NCBI RefSeq assembly: GCF_009834535.1
Contig: NC_045697.1
Span: 30,134,001 to 30,198,000, forward strand
Length of the DNA: 64,000 nt
Reading direction: 5' to 3'
Source: Camelus ferus
Lineage: Eukaryota
Position 1 is the stretch's first letter. The number at the start of each line of letters is the position of its first letter. This document shows, one piece after another, positions 14,606-28,765 of the stretch. Under the pieces are notes generated by a model, which did not search any database, was not told where the DNA came from, and was given only the letters and a program-made list of their open reading frames with translations. Both the position numbers and the translations under genes were made by a program.

Positions 14606-14999
14606 GGTGATACCATTCACTGCGGATAGGAAAACTGGAGGAGGAACAGGTTTGAAGGGAGGAGAGCTTTTACGTTGAATTTTGGATAGCAGGAGCTTGA
14701 GATGCATATAAGACATCCAATAGGTAGTTAGGGGTCTATAACTTAGGAGGGAAGACTGGGCTAGAGAGTCCTCATCATATGGTAGTTGAGACAGGAAGGC
14801 TGACTACAATGATAGGAGAAGAGAACCTGGGTTAGAAAACTAAGAAACTCCGATATTTAAAGACTGAGAAGAAGAACCTTAAAGGCAGAGAGAGAAGATA
14901 AAGTCAAAGAGTAGCAGGAAAATCGAGTGCTTTGAGTTGCCTCATCCAAGGAAGTCTGGTAGAGTCAGATGCCTCCACAGAGGCGGCCAGTTAGAACAA

Positions 15000-15360
15000 G
15001 CTAGGTGATGAGAATAAGAATTGCTGCAGTAACAACTAGTCCCCCAAACCACGGTGGTTTATACCACAAGTTCATTTCCACCTCACATGCAGTCGGCTGC
15101 ACAACTCTAAGGAAGCTCTCCCTGAAGGGTGACCCAAGGGTCCAGGCTAATTCCCCCGAGTCTCTGCCATCTTAGGCTGAGTCCTCACAGCAGAGTGAGA
15201 GAGAGCATGAAGTGACACACATCACTTTTCTGTAGAAGTTTTGGCCAGAAGTAGGTTTCAAACAAATTACAGGGGAGATTGGAAAATGGAGTCCTCCTGT
15301 ACACCCAGGAAGAAGAAAATAAAATAGAACCTAGTGAATACGTAACATTATCTTTGCTAC
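15000..15360 (-). mobile_element. MaLR LTR (MLT1J-like)
   Basis: TGCTGCAGTAACAACTAGTCCCCCAAACCACGGTGGTTTATACCACAAGTTCATTTC. Confidence 0.55.
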
Positions 15361-16678
15361 AAAGATCAAGCAGGGTGAGGACTGAAAAGCGCCTTGGATA
15401 GAATAACACGATCATCTTTGTATCCTGAGCTGCTCACCATGGTGGGACCTCAAAAAAATGTTTATTGAGATGCTTAAGACACCTCTTTAAGGGTGTCTAA
15501 ACTCACTCCAAAATAGTCCCTAACAATTCTTCTAGACCTAAGGACCTTGACTTTTAATAACTAGCCTTCCAGGTCTATAAATAACACTCACCAAAAAAAA
15601 AAAAGTGAAGCATCTGTCAGGTGTCTTCCAACATGGTAAAAGCCAATTTGGATGAGTGTATGGTCCATCTGTCTGACTTTGCCTTTTCAGACAGTCAAAA
15701 CTATGAATCAGCGGAGACAGTGACTGTGTGTGGGGGCTCTAGTCTAAGCCAGAACCTTTAATTGCATTGTCTTCTCTTATAACATGTAATTAGAAATGAC
15801 TGTTTCCTACCAGTCTGAATTACAAGATGATTATTTCCCTTGAACATTCACTGGCTGCTTGGCATTGCAAGACTGTGGTATTATTTTTTTTAAATACACT
15901 AATTATTGGAGAAAGTGGCCAATAAGGAGCAATTTTCCAGCATTCAGGGGCAATTTATTCACAAGGAAGAGGCCAAGTAAGAGGAACTAAAGGTTCCATG
16001 AAACCCCCCTTAACAAGTTTTTGAGAGGGTGTTCCTGGGAATATTGGATATCCACTGCCCAAAAAAGCTCCTTTTCAAACCAGCTTTCCTCTTTATGACT
16101 TAACTAACCAAGAATATAAAGCTAATACAAGGTAAGGTAGTGATAAACAAGAAAGAATATTTTACTTCCAACAGGAAGAAATGATCAGTCAGTACTGATT
16201 AGAGGCGAGACCACTCCCTTCACCAGGAAGGAAGAATTTCAGTCCTCAGTAAATGAAAAGGAAAGAGGCCTGGAGAAAACCAGCCTGAGGAAGTATTTTA
16301 GAATGGTGGGTAAACATCACGTTGCCTTGTAGGCACCATTTCCCCTAATGATGGGAAAGGATCAATTATTTTGAAAACATTAAGGTGGAGAGTAAAGAAG
16401 TATTCAGATGACAGTTCTGCTCTCCCTTTGGCAAAAATCAATCTAAGTTAGAAAAATAATAAGGCCCAAGAAACAGAAGTGCACGATGCGGGGAAACTTT
16501 TCACAGGACAAATTCTTCATAGTTGCAACTAAGAATTATTGCCACTAACAATATAATGCCTTCTGCTGCCTTTGCTACACATCTCCAAGGAAGAAAGTTG
16601 AGTTAAAAGCTTATAATTTCAACATTTTTGTTTAATTCTCTGTACAATACATTCAAGCTCCAAAAGACAGTATGGTTC

Positions 16679-17275
16679 CATAAACACGGCAATTTCTTTG
16701 ACATCAGTCTCTGAGCAGGCGGGGACTAGGAGGGGCTGGTCTGCACAGTAAAAGTGGTTGGGTTCACTGGGTCCACAGAAAAACAGGTGAAGCATCAGGA
16801 TGCTCTGTGTAGATCCCTTGCCAAGCCATATGCATAAGAAGCAGCAACCAGAGAGCGGCAGACACATCCGCACATTTTGTTGCTATATAACAAGGGCTTG
16901 CAGGTGGCTGAGTGGTGGTGATAATCTACCACTGCAGGCATGTGATAATTTGTGATTACCGGTGCAATGAAAATGTGGAATTGTAAAAAAGCAACCAATG
17001 AGGGATATGGTTTTTCTCTAGGGTAAGAAATGAACCAAGATCTTAGGAGTGACATTAGTGCCGTAACAGAAATCTTCAAAGGTGGGGCAACTGAGGAAGC
17101 AGTATGTTGGGAGTTTTGAGTCACCTCTGATTAACAAAATCATGCTTACCTTGTCGGTTCCTGTGATAAGGTAGATGACTAGGAATACAACAAAAAGGAC
17201 AAGCCACAACTCGGCTCCCTCTGTCAGTCCCAGGAGCATAAACTCAGTCACGGCTGTATAGTTTGTCTTTAACAT
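16679..17275 (-). pseudogene. Olfactory receptor family 5 (OR5M-like) pseudogene, frameshifted and 3'-truncated
   Basis: Pieces in three frames: MLKTNYTAVTEFMLLGLT..LFVVFLVIYLIT..DFCYGTNVTPKILVHFL; FLQFHIFIA..TCKPLLYSNKMCGCVCRSLVAASYAYG; LFFCGPSEPNHFYCADQPLLVPACSETDVKE. OR motifs LHTPMY and MAYDRY are degraded; no TM6/TM7 found. Confidence 0.92.
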
Positions 17276-18299
17276 TGTATTTGCTTGGCTTCCAATGCGG
17301 CCTAAAAAAAAAAAGAAAAGAAAAATGCATTTGTCTTTTGTCATTTATGAATAAAAAATACTGTATGGATACCTTTAGTTATGTATCGTCTTAATTGTTT
17401 CCAGGCCCATGAATGAGATAACATGTAATGTAAAGAAGTGTCAAAATAAAATTCAGAGAGCTCTACTTGATGTGAATATTTTATTGTGCAAGAAGCAAAC
17501 TGTGGACAGGGAGATTTCAAAACTGAAATTGGCAAGAAGCTGGCTCAGCAGTGACAGCTCAGTTTATAAACGTAAGTGAGGAAGTGCATTTTTAAAAAAT
17601 TGTGATTGGTTACTAGAAACTTCCCTTCCTCATGAAGGGGTAGCACTGTTGTTGGGGCTGATTGGCTAGGAAGCTGCAAGATCACAATGACAGGGAGAAA
17701 GCTTAAGTTTTGTTTAAGGTCAGAGTCAGTATTTGGGGGAAATCAGGACACTTTAAGTTCTGGTTATGTGGCTATGAATGGTTGGTTTGCAGATATGCTC
17801 AAACTGTGACCTCTGCTTTGGTCTTCCCTTACCAGATGTACAAGTGTGTGGGTTTGCAAAATATGAAAATATATTCAGAGGATTCAAAAGGATGAGCCAC
17901 AGTACACATGAAAATGTGCATTTATGACTTATTTTATAATCATAGTCGACAATGTTCTTTAAAAAAGTATTTTTAAAAGAAGATGTTATTCTTTTGAAGT
18001 TTAGTGAAACCTACCTTCCAAATTCACAGTAATCTTTGAACCATGATGAAAAGTAATTTCTTCTGTTTCTTTCTTCTGCTCTAGACAAGTGAATTCTTGC
18101 CTGACAGGTAAGTGAACTTTCCTTCCATCCAGCCTCCCACTTTCTGATCTCAGAGGGACCGGCATCATATGTATCCTTTTTTTTTTTTTTACCAGAAATA
18201 ATTGCTTAAGTAATTAACATGAAGGAAAGATTTCAAAATTTTTTATGGTATCTATATACCAAAAGATGGCCATCATGAGTAGGAAAAAAGTTACCTCAT

Positions 18300-18336
<37 letters not shown>

Positions 18337-18375
18337 GATAGTTGATGGATAGATAGATAATAAATGACAGATAGA
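18300..18375 (+). repeat. (GATA)n microsatellite
   Basis: Direct reading. Confidence 0.95.
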
Positions 18376-18659
18376 TCCTCTCTCTCCAAAAAAAGACATA
18401 TATGCTTGTGACTGCATAGAAAAAAAAATTCCTAAAGGGAATACTTCAAACTCTTGACTATGTCTGATGTGGGATGGAGAAGGGTACAAGAGATCAGACT
18501 TTTCATTTTTTATTTTACCTATTTTGCTATGGTTTTGTTTTCCTCTTGTGAATAATTACTACTTTAGTAATTGCTTAAGCATTTAATTTTTTTAAATAAA
18601 GATATTTAACCATGGTAGTTGAAGTCAAGAGAATTGTGAGGAAGTAGCTTTAAAAGACA

Positions 18660-18940
18660 AACTACACTTGCAACCAGTAGGTAAATAAGTCCTGGAGATC
18701 TAACGCACAGCACAGTGATCATAGCTAACAATACTGTGTTATGAACTTCAGAGTTGCTAAGAGACTAGCTCTTATTTGTCCCCACCACAAGAGACAAATG
18801 ACAATTATGTGACATGTTTAAGAGGTGTCAGCTAACACTCTGATGGTAATCATATGATAATATACAAATGTACCAAATCAGTGTGTGATACACCTTAAAC
18901 TTATACAATGTTGTATTTCAATTGTGTCTCAAAAGAAATA

Positions 18941-18976
<36 letters not shown>

Positions 18977-18980
18977 AAAC
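18660..18980 (+). mobile_element. L1MA-type 3' end with (GAAA)n tail
   Basis: AATAAGTCCTGGAGATCTAACGCACAGCACAGTGA..CACCTTAAACTTATACAATGTTGTA..(GAAA)n. Confidence 0.8.
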
Positions 18981-21792
18981 AAAATTTTCAATACAAGTTG
19001 TCTTTAACTTCCAGAATGACAAAAAAGTTAGTTCTTCATAACTTACAGCACACATAGAAATAATGTTAACCTATTGAATGTAGCTGAACAGCCATATCCT
19101 TGGTACTAAACAGAGAAGAAATTATTCATTTTAAAATGAATGATTCAACAGCAAAAATATTAAACACGACATGAGTATAACCCTAAATAGCTTAATTAGA
19201 CACAGATAAGCCTAGGATTTATTGTAGAGGTTCTGAAGGAAACTTGGTACACTGGGGACACGGGTTGCTTGTTATCTATGGTTCCAGTGTTTGACTTCTG
19301 TTTTCCTTATTACTATCAGCACTATTCTTACTTATACTAGACAGGATCAAGTTTTTTGGTTTTGTTTTTTGCCACGAGGTGAGAAAAAGGGGGTGGTGGG
19401 GGGAGTTACCTGTAAGGGCAGGTATGGGAATCTGTCAGGAAAGAAAAGAGATTCCTGAGGTAACTGACAATAATTTTAGAGACAATAGAGAGGAATGTGC
19501 TTAAAGAATACCCGTGTGTAGACCCGAGGAGGGAAATTAGCTCATAAAAAATAACTGAGCCATAGCTGTTGAAAAACAAGGGTCAGGGAGCAGTGCAGAC
19601 CCAATACGTTCCCTCTTCAAGAAACACGGTTAGGTGATACATGGTTTCAAGCAATGCCATATTTTGCCTGAAGGGGAGCAATTGTGTTAGCATGGCTTGG
19701 TTGCTGTCCCTCATGAACCTTTGAGTGGGTAGGGAAATTTGAAAACAAAAACAAAAAACAGAGTGCAGCAATCTATTTGCATGATACAATTCTGTCAGTG
19801 AGGATTTTAAAACTTGAGAAGTCCTTGTAACTGAGTCTTTAATAGTGCCAACCATTTTGGATATGACTATGGGAAATCTCTGTTAATCATCTCAAATCAA
19901 AAAGATGTCAGAGAAGGAGTTGATTTACCCTAAACTCACAAAGAAAATCCTCTCAACCCACCCAAAATTTGTAACAGGGAAAAACACTTTGCCCAATAAT
20001 TAAAATCACTTTGGACAATGCCTGTTGCATCAAGAACCTTCAAATACTGCCTGAGGTTGGTTATTCACTGAGGTTTTATGTACCTGGTAGATATAGTTTC
20101 TAATGTGATTTTAAAAGTTTATAGAACATAGTCTCTAAAGTTCATCCTTATTGATGGATACTCAACAATATTGATTCTACTGTCTTGGAGTGAGTGGTTT
20201 ATTTTAAACTACAGTGCAGAGAGCAGTAGTTTGCTTGAAAACAATACAATAATAATGATAATCATTTTTCCTCTCCCCCTCTTTTAGGCTTTGACCAGGA
20301 GAGAATAACTACAAGAAACTACTAATTTACAAAATGTGCAGATGACCTAGTTTATTCATAACCATAGGAGTTTTAATTTATTAAGCAACAATTTAATATA
20401 AGCAGTGCCTAGTAATTCTAGTTCACTGTGTGTTTTGTAGGAGAATTATGTATTACTTAATGGGGAAGATAAATCTATTATTGGAAAATTTTAATAATGA
20501 ACAAAATTATGTTTGGGTATTTTCATGAGAAGTAATTAGTTGCAAACTGTCCTTCCCTGAAGTGTGGCGGTATTGGTGGCAATTGTTATTTAGTGGTGAA
20601 TTACGTACTGGATGACCTACCCATGTCTTGCTGCAGTGGAGTGGAGGGAGGACCAGTGCGGGAAGTCCAAGACCTGGGAAAGAGCTCATTAAAACAAACT
20701 TCTGACATCCATAACTACCCTGCTCCCAGCTACCTCAGAGGGCATCTAGAGATGGAACAGAGGTTGCAGGTGAAGGCCTCTGCTTCACGGCCCCAGATGA
20801 CTTGAGAGCCTGCAGACAGTCTAGCTGCCCACAGCACATCTCTTTCCCTTTGGCTTGCTAAACTGCTGTTCCATCTTCTCTCCTGGGACCTTCAGACTTC
20901 TTCCATGATCCAGCAGCTGAAGGATTAATGTCTGGCCCAGAGAAGGACCCAAAAGAACAGAACCTCTCTGCTGGATGACCCATTTAATTGGTGCAGATTG
21001 TTGATGGTTAGAATATCACCCCTGGCCAGAAGTCTAACACCCAGTGGCCTTCCTCAGCCACTGAAGCCACTCCAAAATAAAGGCAGAAGTGCAATGGACA
21101 GAGGTTACTGAACCTCATCTTTGTTTTCCTTTTGAAATCTTGCTTTAGATACAGACAACCTAAGGTTGAATCAGATTTCCATGACCCGTAACATCAGTGA
21201 ATATGACCCCTGTGGGTGATGTTTATTTTGCTAGTCAGGAAAAAGCCTGAGCTCATAAGGAAGAGAGGCTCAAGATTTTTGTCCAAAACAATGCAAACAA
21301 AACTTTAAGAAATGTGGGAAAGCCAGAATTCATCTAATAGATAGAGCCCACCCAAGGGCATCTTCAGACTACCAAATCCTTCTTCCAGCTGGTTACAGGT
21401 GGATTGGGGTGGAAAGAACACTGGACATGGGACCAGAAGGCCTTGATACTAGCTTGAACAATGGAAAGAATAGGTTTGTAGACTGGTTCCCTGATTACAA
21501 TCTGTACAACCAGTATCTACAGCTGTAAAATGATAGATAATATTTAGCACAAAGTGCTATGAGGGTCAAATGAAAAGGGGTATATGGGGAGCCTGGCATG
21601 CAGTAGGCACTCAATGAAAGTAAGTCTACGTTTCTTTTGCTTTCATCCCCTTCTCTTGTTCTCTATCTTCACCCTCCTACTCCTGCCCATCCCCCTAACC
21701 CATATTCACACTTGCACAGGAATTTGTAGTGGGACCACAATTGGGTCACTTAATACATAGGTCACCACTTTTCAACATGAAATGCAGGGATT

Positions 21793-22105
21793 TATCTAGT
21801 CATCTGCCAATGGACATTTAGGTTGCTTCCATGTCTTAGCTATTGTAAATAGTGCTGCTTTGAACATTGGGGTTCATGTATTAGAGTTTTTTCCCAGGTA
21901 TATGCCCAGGAATGGGTTTGCTGGATCATATGGTAAATCTATTTTTAGTGTTTTAAGGAATCTCCATGCTGTTTTCCATAGTGGCTACACCAGATTACAT
22001 TCCCAACAACATTGTGGGAGGGTTCTCTTTTCTCCACACCCCTCTAGCATTTACTGTTTGTGGACTTTTAAATGATGACCATTCTGACCTGTGTGGGGTG
22101 TCTGT

Positions 22106-22140
<35 letters not shown>

Positions 22141-22597
22141 AACAAAATGGAATATTACTCAGCCATAAAAAAGAATGAAATAATGCCATTTGCAGCAACA
22201 TGGATGGACCTAGAAATTATCATACTAAGTGAAGTAAATCAGAAAGAGAAGGACAAATATCACATGTTATCACTTACATGTGGGATCTAAAAAATTATAC
22301 AAATGAACTTATTTATAAAACAAAAAGAGACTCACAGACATAGAAAGCAAACTTATGGTTACCAAAGGGGAAAAGGATAGGGAGGGATAAACTGGGAGTT
22401 TGAGATTTCCAGATACAAACTACTATATATAGAACAGATAAACAACAAGGACTACCGCATAGTACAGGGAACTATATTCAATAACTCACAATAACATATA
22501 ATGAAATAGACTATGTATGTATGTATGACTGAATCACTATGCTGTACACCAGAAACTAACACAACGTTGTAAATTAGCTATACTTCAATTTTAAAAA
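21793..22597 (+). mobile_element. L1 insertion with 5' inversion (21793-22100 antisense, ~22106-22597 sense) and 16-bp TSD
   Basis: ORF2 C-terminal peptide MEYYSAIKKNEIMPFAATWMDLEIIILSEV on +; preceding segment is antisense L1; TSD ATGAAA(T/A)GCAGGGATT at 21777-21792 and 22598-22613. Confidence 0.9.
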
Positions 22598-25500
22598 ATG
22601 AAAAGCAGGGATTCTGCAAGATTTCTTGGTGGTGAAATTATTCATGTGAAGCTGGATACAGATGTGGAGAATTGCTGTTCATGGTCAGAGGAACAAAAGG
22701 AGGTGACAGATTTACAGAATTTCCCATGCCTATTGTCATCATTTCTATAACATAACTTGCAAAACCATGTACCTAAACATTTCAGATTGCCTCTGGATTA
22801 AAACAAAGATCTGTGATATTGGATATACCGATCATATGTGTCCAATGATCCCACCTTTGAGAATGTGTCTGGCTCAGAGGAGACACTCAGTAAGTATCTG
22901 TTGAGTAGAAGACTGGAGTTGTAATGAATCCACTGACTTTGTAAGGCGAAGGCAGCATAAAGTAGAATGAACGTAAGGTACTTGTGGGCTGATTTCATAC
23001 CAAACCCAAACTAACGTTGAAAAAAAGAAAAATGAACCAGCGCGTGAATTATGCTGGAGTTTACACTTCTCCTCAAATTGGTAATTGCTTTAAGAAGAGC
23101 CTTCCACTTCAGTTATCATCAGCTAATAGATGAAAATGTATACTTTCCTAAACGTACATTTGAATTTCTAAAGTCTTCCGTTTCTCACCGAGAACCAAAA
23201 TTCAGTCAACATTTTCACTTACTAAAAGGAAGGAATCGATGCATAAACTTTGTTTTTAAAGAATTATCTCTGGGAAAAGAAGTAGAAATTGATGCATAAT
23301 TCATGAAATGGCAAACAATTTCTCTGCATTTCTTTAGCATTGCTCACATAAAACACCTGGCCCAGAGGTGCAAAACACCCCAGTTCTCTGCAGATCCATC
23401 AGCAAGTGTTTGTTGACTGTCTTCTGGACTCTGTGTTAGAGAAGTTTAAGGTGGTAGCAAGAAACCATAAGGGAAGGATGTGATCAAGTGTTAAGTCCTA
23501 TTGTTACAAATCAAACACATCCCTTGAAATGCGATGCTCTGAGGGGGTAAAAGTTGGAAGGTTAGGAAAAAAGGCGGTATGTAAGCATTGTCTCATGAAG
23601 GGCCTTGTGAGATTCAGGAATTTAGACTTGATTCTATAGCAACAGGGAGCCATTAAAAATGTTCAGTGCCATGAGGGTAATGGAGATCTGTACTTTGGAG
23701 AGATGAAGCAGGAACTTGTAGAGAATGAATTGGAAGGGATGAGCCTGGAAGAAGGTGATGAATGAAGAGGCCATTATGGTAGCACAGTTCATCGATGGGG
23801 GGAGGAGAGAGTACTGAGCTCAGACCACTTCAGCAAAGATGCTAATTAAAGGCAGGTCCAGGTAATGGGAGGGGAGGAAATCGATTCATTTCTGAGGACA
23901 GAAGCAGGGGAGGAGAGCACTTAGGAGTCAGGACTGACAATAGGATTTAAATGGGTCTTAAACAAATTTAAATGATAGGTTAATCTCAGGGGTGAAGTTA
24001 GATTAGACACTTTTCTATTTAATCCTTGTTTCTTCTCATGGTATTTTAATTAGAAGCTGAGTTAATTTCTATTTTGTATGCACAGAACACTGATCTGGTT
24101 TTTATTTGTTTAAATGACAGTATTGTTTGGAATTTTTCATCTCTATTCTTCAAGTTTCAGGAAACCCACCTTGGTTTACCCTTTCTAACACCTCTATTCA
24201 CCTGGGCCAGTGACAAAGGGTGAGGCCTCTGGAAGCAAGAGAGGAGACAAAACTCCTTTTATTTGACCTAAAATCTTAAATCCTTTATCATTGTAGAGAT
24301 AAAGTGAAACTTGTTCTTTGAACTTTGGTAAAAAATAACACAGCTACTCAAATAGAGTTCATGTTTTAGGATCTCAAAACTTAAAATTACTCCATTCTTA
24401 TTCCTTATACAGGCTACAGTATAATATTGTGTTCACAAAGCATGGTCTAAGTCCAACTGGTGAAGGCAAGACACAGGCAGATAAGGTTTTCTCCTTTTAA
24501 AGATTATGCAATTTTTTATGATTTATACTTATAGTAAATCATAATGTTATCACTTACAATAGTGATAGGAAATTTCCTTTTAATATAAGTTTACTTAGGC
24601 AAAGAAAACTAGGTTAATGAAAAGAAAAAGAAAAACTACACACGAGGTTCTCTGATGTATCAAGAATTGTGAAGGCAGGAAAAAGTGAATGAAGTTTGAG
24701 GAACACTAGGCAAGTAGGCAGAACGTGGGATTCCGAGTCAGTAGATTCAAATCCCAGCTTGGTTATAAATAATCATGGTTTTAAGCCAATTGGGCAGTTT
24801 AGTTCTACTGAATCTCATCTGTGAGATGGGGACCATAACATCCCCCTTGTAGAGTCTTAATCAAAAGAGACAAAGTATGTGATGGCACCTTGAAAGCTGC
24901 CAAGTGCATTGAGAACGTTAGCCTTTATTGTTGTGACAGGTGCCGCGGGCGCTGATGTTCAGCCACGGACTTACAATTGCTTTTCCAGAGACAGAAGTGT
25001 AGCGGCAGGGAGCTCACCTCCCCTGCACGGTGTACTGTGCCCTAAAATGCATCTGTTGCTTCCTGATGATGTTATCAATCTTTAGGGGAAGGAACTTATT
25101 GATTTGTTTCTCTTAGAAGTGCTTCTGCGAATTGATCTGGCCATTTTGATGTTGCAGGCTTGCTAATGCCACAGCAGTCCCTGGCTGTGGTTGGAAATGA
25201 TTGTGCTGCAGGGAAAAGGCTGGATTATTCTGACACTCTGGGGTCTGGCCTGGCTCCTCTAGGTCTGAATAGCCTCAGAGCTGTTGCTTAACTCCTGCAG
25301 GGCTCTTGTTCAGTGACAACCAGTGATCTCAGAATGTGCTTCTGCTCCCAGCAGTGGTTGGGGCTGGAGGCCATGCGTATTTTCATACATATTTTCCTTG
25401 TTTAAAATAGCCAAAGGGAGAGGGACAAAGACTGTCATGTGCTCCCCAAATAAGCAAGTCATTTCTGTGATTTTTTCATTCCAAACAGGATCAATGGAGG

Positions 25501-26379
25501 CAGCAGAACCACTGAATAAAGTGCATGGGATTTTGAATCCAACTTTCCACCACTTATTCCCTGAGCAATCCCATGCAAGTTTTGCATCCCCCTCCGAGCC
25601 TGAGTGTACACTTCTGGAAAATGGGAGTAATAACTCCTAACCCATAAGGTTGCTGTGAGGACTAAATGAAATAACTCATTCTGTGTTGCAGTTGAGCAGC
25701 ACATCAGGTTCTGGACCTATGAATTAGTTTCTTGGGATATTGTTGGGCTTTGGTTAAGTACAAACCATTTATAACCTGCGATAGATGTCCCCAGGCTCAG
25801 ATTGGAAAGTGTTGGCAGCTCTGAATTAGCCTACTGCAATCCTTACCAAACTGAGACGGCATCTTAAACACTGTGCTGGGGAAGAGGCACTGACCCTTTG
25901 CTCCTAGGACAGAGTCACAAAGAGGTAAGACCTAATGATGTCATCTCTGTCATTTGGGGGGTAACTCCAGACTCAACCCCATATGACTGCTTCTGGCTAT
26001 GCTGCTGTGAATTGGGTTCTGAGGAAGGCTGCCTGAAAGAGAAGTGATGGGCAAAGAGTAGAGACTCTAAATCAGACTCCACCACATCTCACCCACTCCC
26101 ACAGCACCACAGAATCCTCTCCTGCTCCAACTCCTAGGATCCAGTAGATACCTGGCACAAGTAAATACTCGGTGAGCATTAGCTGGCAGAAGGGTGTGGT
26201 CTAGAATGCACACAGCAATAAAATGCGCTTGAATATTTAATCACACACAAAACTGTGCACAAATACTGCTTTGTGCCCCACCTGGACCCTTATTTGGAAG
26301 AGGGCTCTTCGGGAGGAAGTTCTTATGCTCTAATACATGAGTGAACACAAGTGTGCTGCTTATAACCAGGTGCAGTGGA

Positions 26380-26617
26380 GCAAACTGGTCTCTGGAGTTA
26401 GGCTGACCTGAGTCCAAATCAAATTCCGGTTCTGCTGACTTCCAGCTGTGGGAACTTGAGCAAGCTACTTAGTCCCTTTTCAGTCCTGGTCTCCTTATCT
26501 CTAAACTGGGGGTAATCATAGTACCCATCTCTTAAGGTTTTTGCCAAGATAAAACAAGATAATGCACGTAAAGTGCTTAACACAGTTTCTAGCATATGAT
26601 AAGCCTTGAATAGAAGT

Positions 26618-26622
<5 letters not shown>
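26380..26622. mobile_element. MIR SINE
   Basis: ACTTCCAGCTGTGGGAACTTGAGCAAG..CTAAACTGGGGGTAATCATAGTACC..GTAAAGTGCTTAACACAG. Confidence 0.8.
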
Positions 26623-26675
<53 letters not shown>

Positions 26676-26684
26676 CATCATCAT
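26623..26684 (+). repeat. (ATT)n(ATC)n microsatellite from the MIR tail
   Basis: Direct reading. Confidence 0.95.
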
Positions 26685-27324
26685 CTGTTAGTAGTAGGTT
26701 TCCTTTTGCATGAAAGTCAAGCATGTTTCTAGAGCTGCTGCGAGGAGGTTATTTACTGGGCACCTAATCCCCCAATCCAATCCTTGGAAAAGTTGTTTCA
26801 TGTTTCCTTATAAGGTGTTTTGAGAAGTATAGATGGTGCTCAGATATATGTTTTTGCAAGAAGACACAAGTTGCATTTTGAGAAACTGATCTTTTTGTCC
26901 TTAAGACGAATGGGTCTTTTTGTTAACCCAGGGTTCTCCTGCTCAGAAAGTTTCTGCATAGAAGGAAAGAACCACGTCTAGATGACAGTCCTGTGGTTAC
27001 TTTCTCTTTGGGGAAATGTCCTTCAGCACTCTAAGCACTAGGATTAGTTAGGACAGGTTTTCATGTGAGTCCAGTGGAAAAATCTGTTCTGGGATTTCCC
27101 AGTGAATCACAAATTAGGCAATTCATGTGGGTAATACCCAAGTCCATCAACATTTTCCAGGGGAATAAAAACCTTAAATAAACATCAAACTAATGGTGTT
27201 CTGAAAAAATAATGATGACAACAGACCTGAATTATCTAATCCAACTGCCATTTACTGGCTCTTTTAAAAAAGCATTTAAGTTTCTCCAATCTTGTACAAG
27301 AAACAGCCTGGAATGTCATTCAAC

Positions 27325-28765
27325 ATAGTAAAAACATGGTACTGACACAAAAATTGAGCATCAACCGATGGAACAGAACAGAGAGCCCAGAATTAAACCC
27401 CAGCATATACAGTCAACAAATGTTGGACACGGGAGCCAATGGGGAGAGAATAGTCTCTTCAAATTATGCTGGAAAAACTGGAGAAACACATGCAGAACAA
27501 TGAAATTGGGCCCCTTTCTCAGACCACTAACAAAAATTAACTTAAAATGAATCAAAGACTTAAACATAAGACCTGATACTATAAATCTCCTAGAAGAAAA
27601 CGTAGGGAAGAAGCTCATCAATATCAATCTTGGCAATGATTTTGTGGACATGATGCCAAAAGCACAAAAAGGCATAAAGCAAAAGTCAAAAAAATGGGTG
27701 GGACTACATCAAACTCAAAAGCTTCTACACAGCAAAAGAAACAATTAATAAAATGAAAATACAACCTGTAGAATGGGAGAAAGTTTTTGCAAATCATACA
27801 TCAAATAAGGGGGTTAATATCCAAAATACATAAAGAACTCAGTTAACTTAATAACAAAAAAACCCAAGCAATCTGATTTAAAAATGAGCAGAAAACCTAA
27901 ATAGACCTTTTTTCCCCAAAGAGAACAGCAAAATGGCCATCTGACACTTGAAAAGATGCTCAACATCTCTAATCATCAGGGAAAGCAAAACCTCCATGAG
28001 GTATCACCTCACACCCATTAGAATGGTTTTCATCAAGAACACAAGAGACAAGTGCTGGTGAGCACGTGGTGAAAAGGGAAGCCTCACACGTTGTTGGTGG
28101 GAATGTAAACTGGTCCAACTGCTATGGAAAACAATATGGAGGGTTCTCACAAAATTAAAAATAGATCTACCATGTGATCCAGCAATTCCATTTCTAGGTA
28201 TAGACCCAAAGGAAATGAAAAGAGGATTTCAACCAGACACATGCATTCCCATGTTTGTTGCAGCATTATTCACAATAGCCATGATAAGGATAAAACCCAA
28301 ATGCCCATCAATGGGTGAATGGATAAAAAAGATGTAGTACATCTACACAATAGAATATTAGCCATGAGAAAGGAGGATACCTCCCATTTGTGACAATGTG
28401 GATGGACCTCGAGCACATTAAGATAAGCAAGATAAGTCAGACTGAGAAAGGCAAGTACTGTATGATATCGCTTCTATGTGGAATCTTAAAAAGTGAAGAG
28501 TAGCATGGTGGTTACCAGGGAACAGGAGGTGGGGAGGTAAGAGTGATGATGTTTAATGGTACAAACTTGTGAAGAACAGCAAATGAGCCATAGAGATCTA
28601 ATGCACAGTATAATGAATATAGACAATAATATTGTTCTGTAATTATATAGTGTGATATATATCTCTCCATGGGCAATGATATTACAATATATAAGTGTAT
28701 CAAAGTAATACATCTGTACATCTTAAATGTATACACTGTTACATGTCAAATTTATTCAATTAAAA
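27325..28765 (+). mobile_element. L1 (L1MA-like) ~1.4 kb: ORF2 3' part and 3'UTR
   Basis: Peptide [36 protein letters not shown] matches the L1 ORF2 SLFNKWCWENW motif; typical 3'UTR follows. Confidence 0.9.

Larger units (their letters stand above)
13020..14980 (-). mobile_element. Fragmented L2 LINE (interrupted by L1 and MLT)
   Basis: ACTTATGTATTGAGTATGTATTATGTGCTAAACACTGGGGATACAAAG start plus a purine-rich degenerate L2 body. Confidence 0.6.

Noticed and set aside
15476..15498. Short inverted repeat AGACACC..GGTGTCT
   Set aside because: A 7-bp stem is expected by chance in 64 kb
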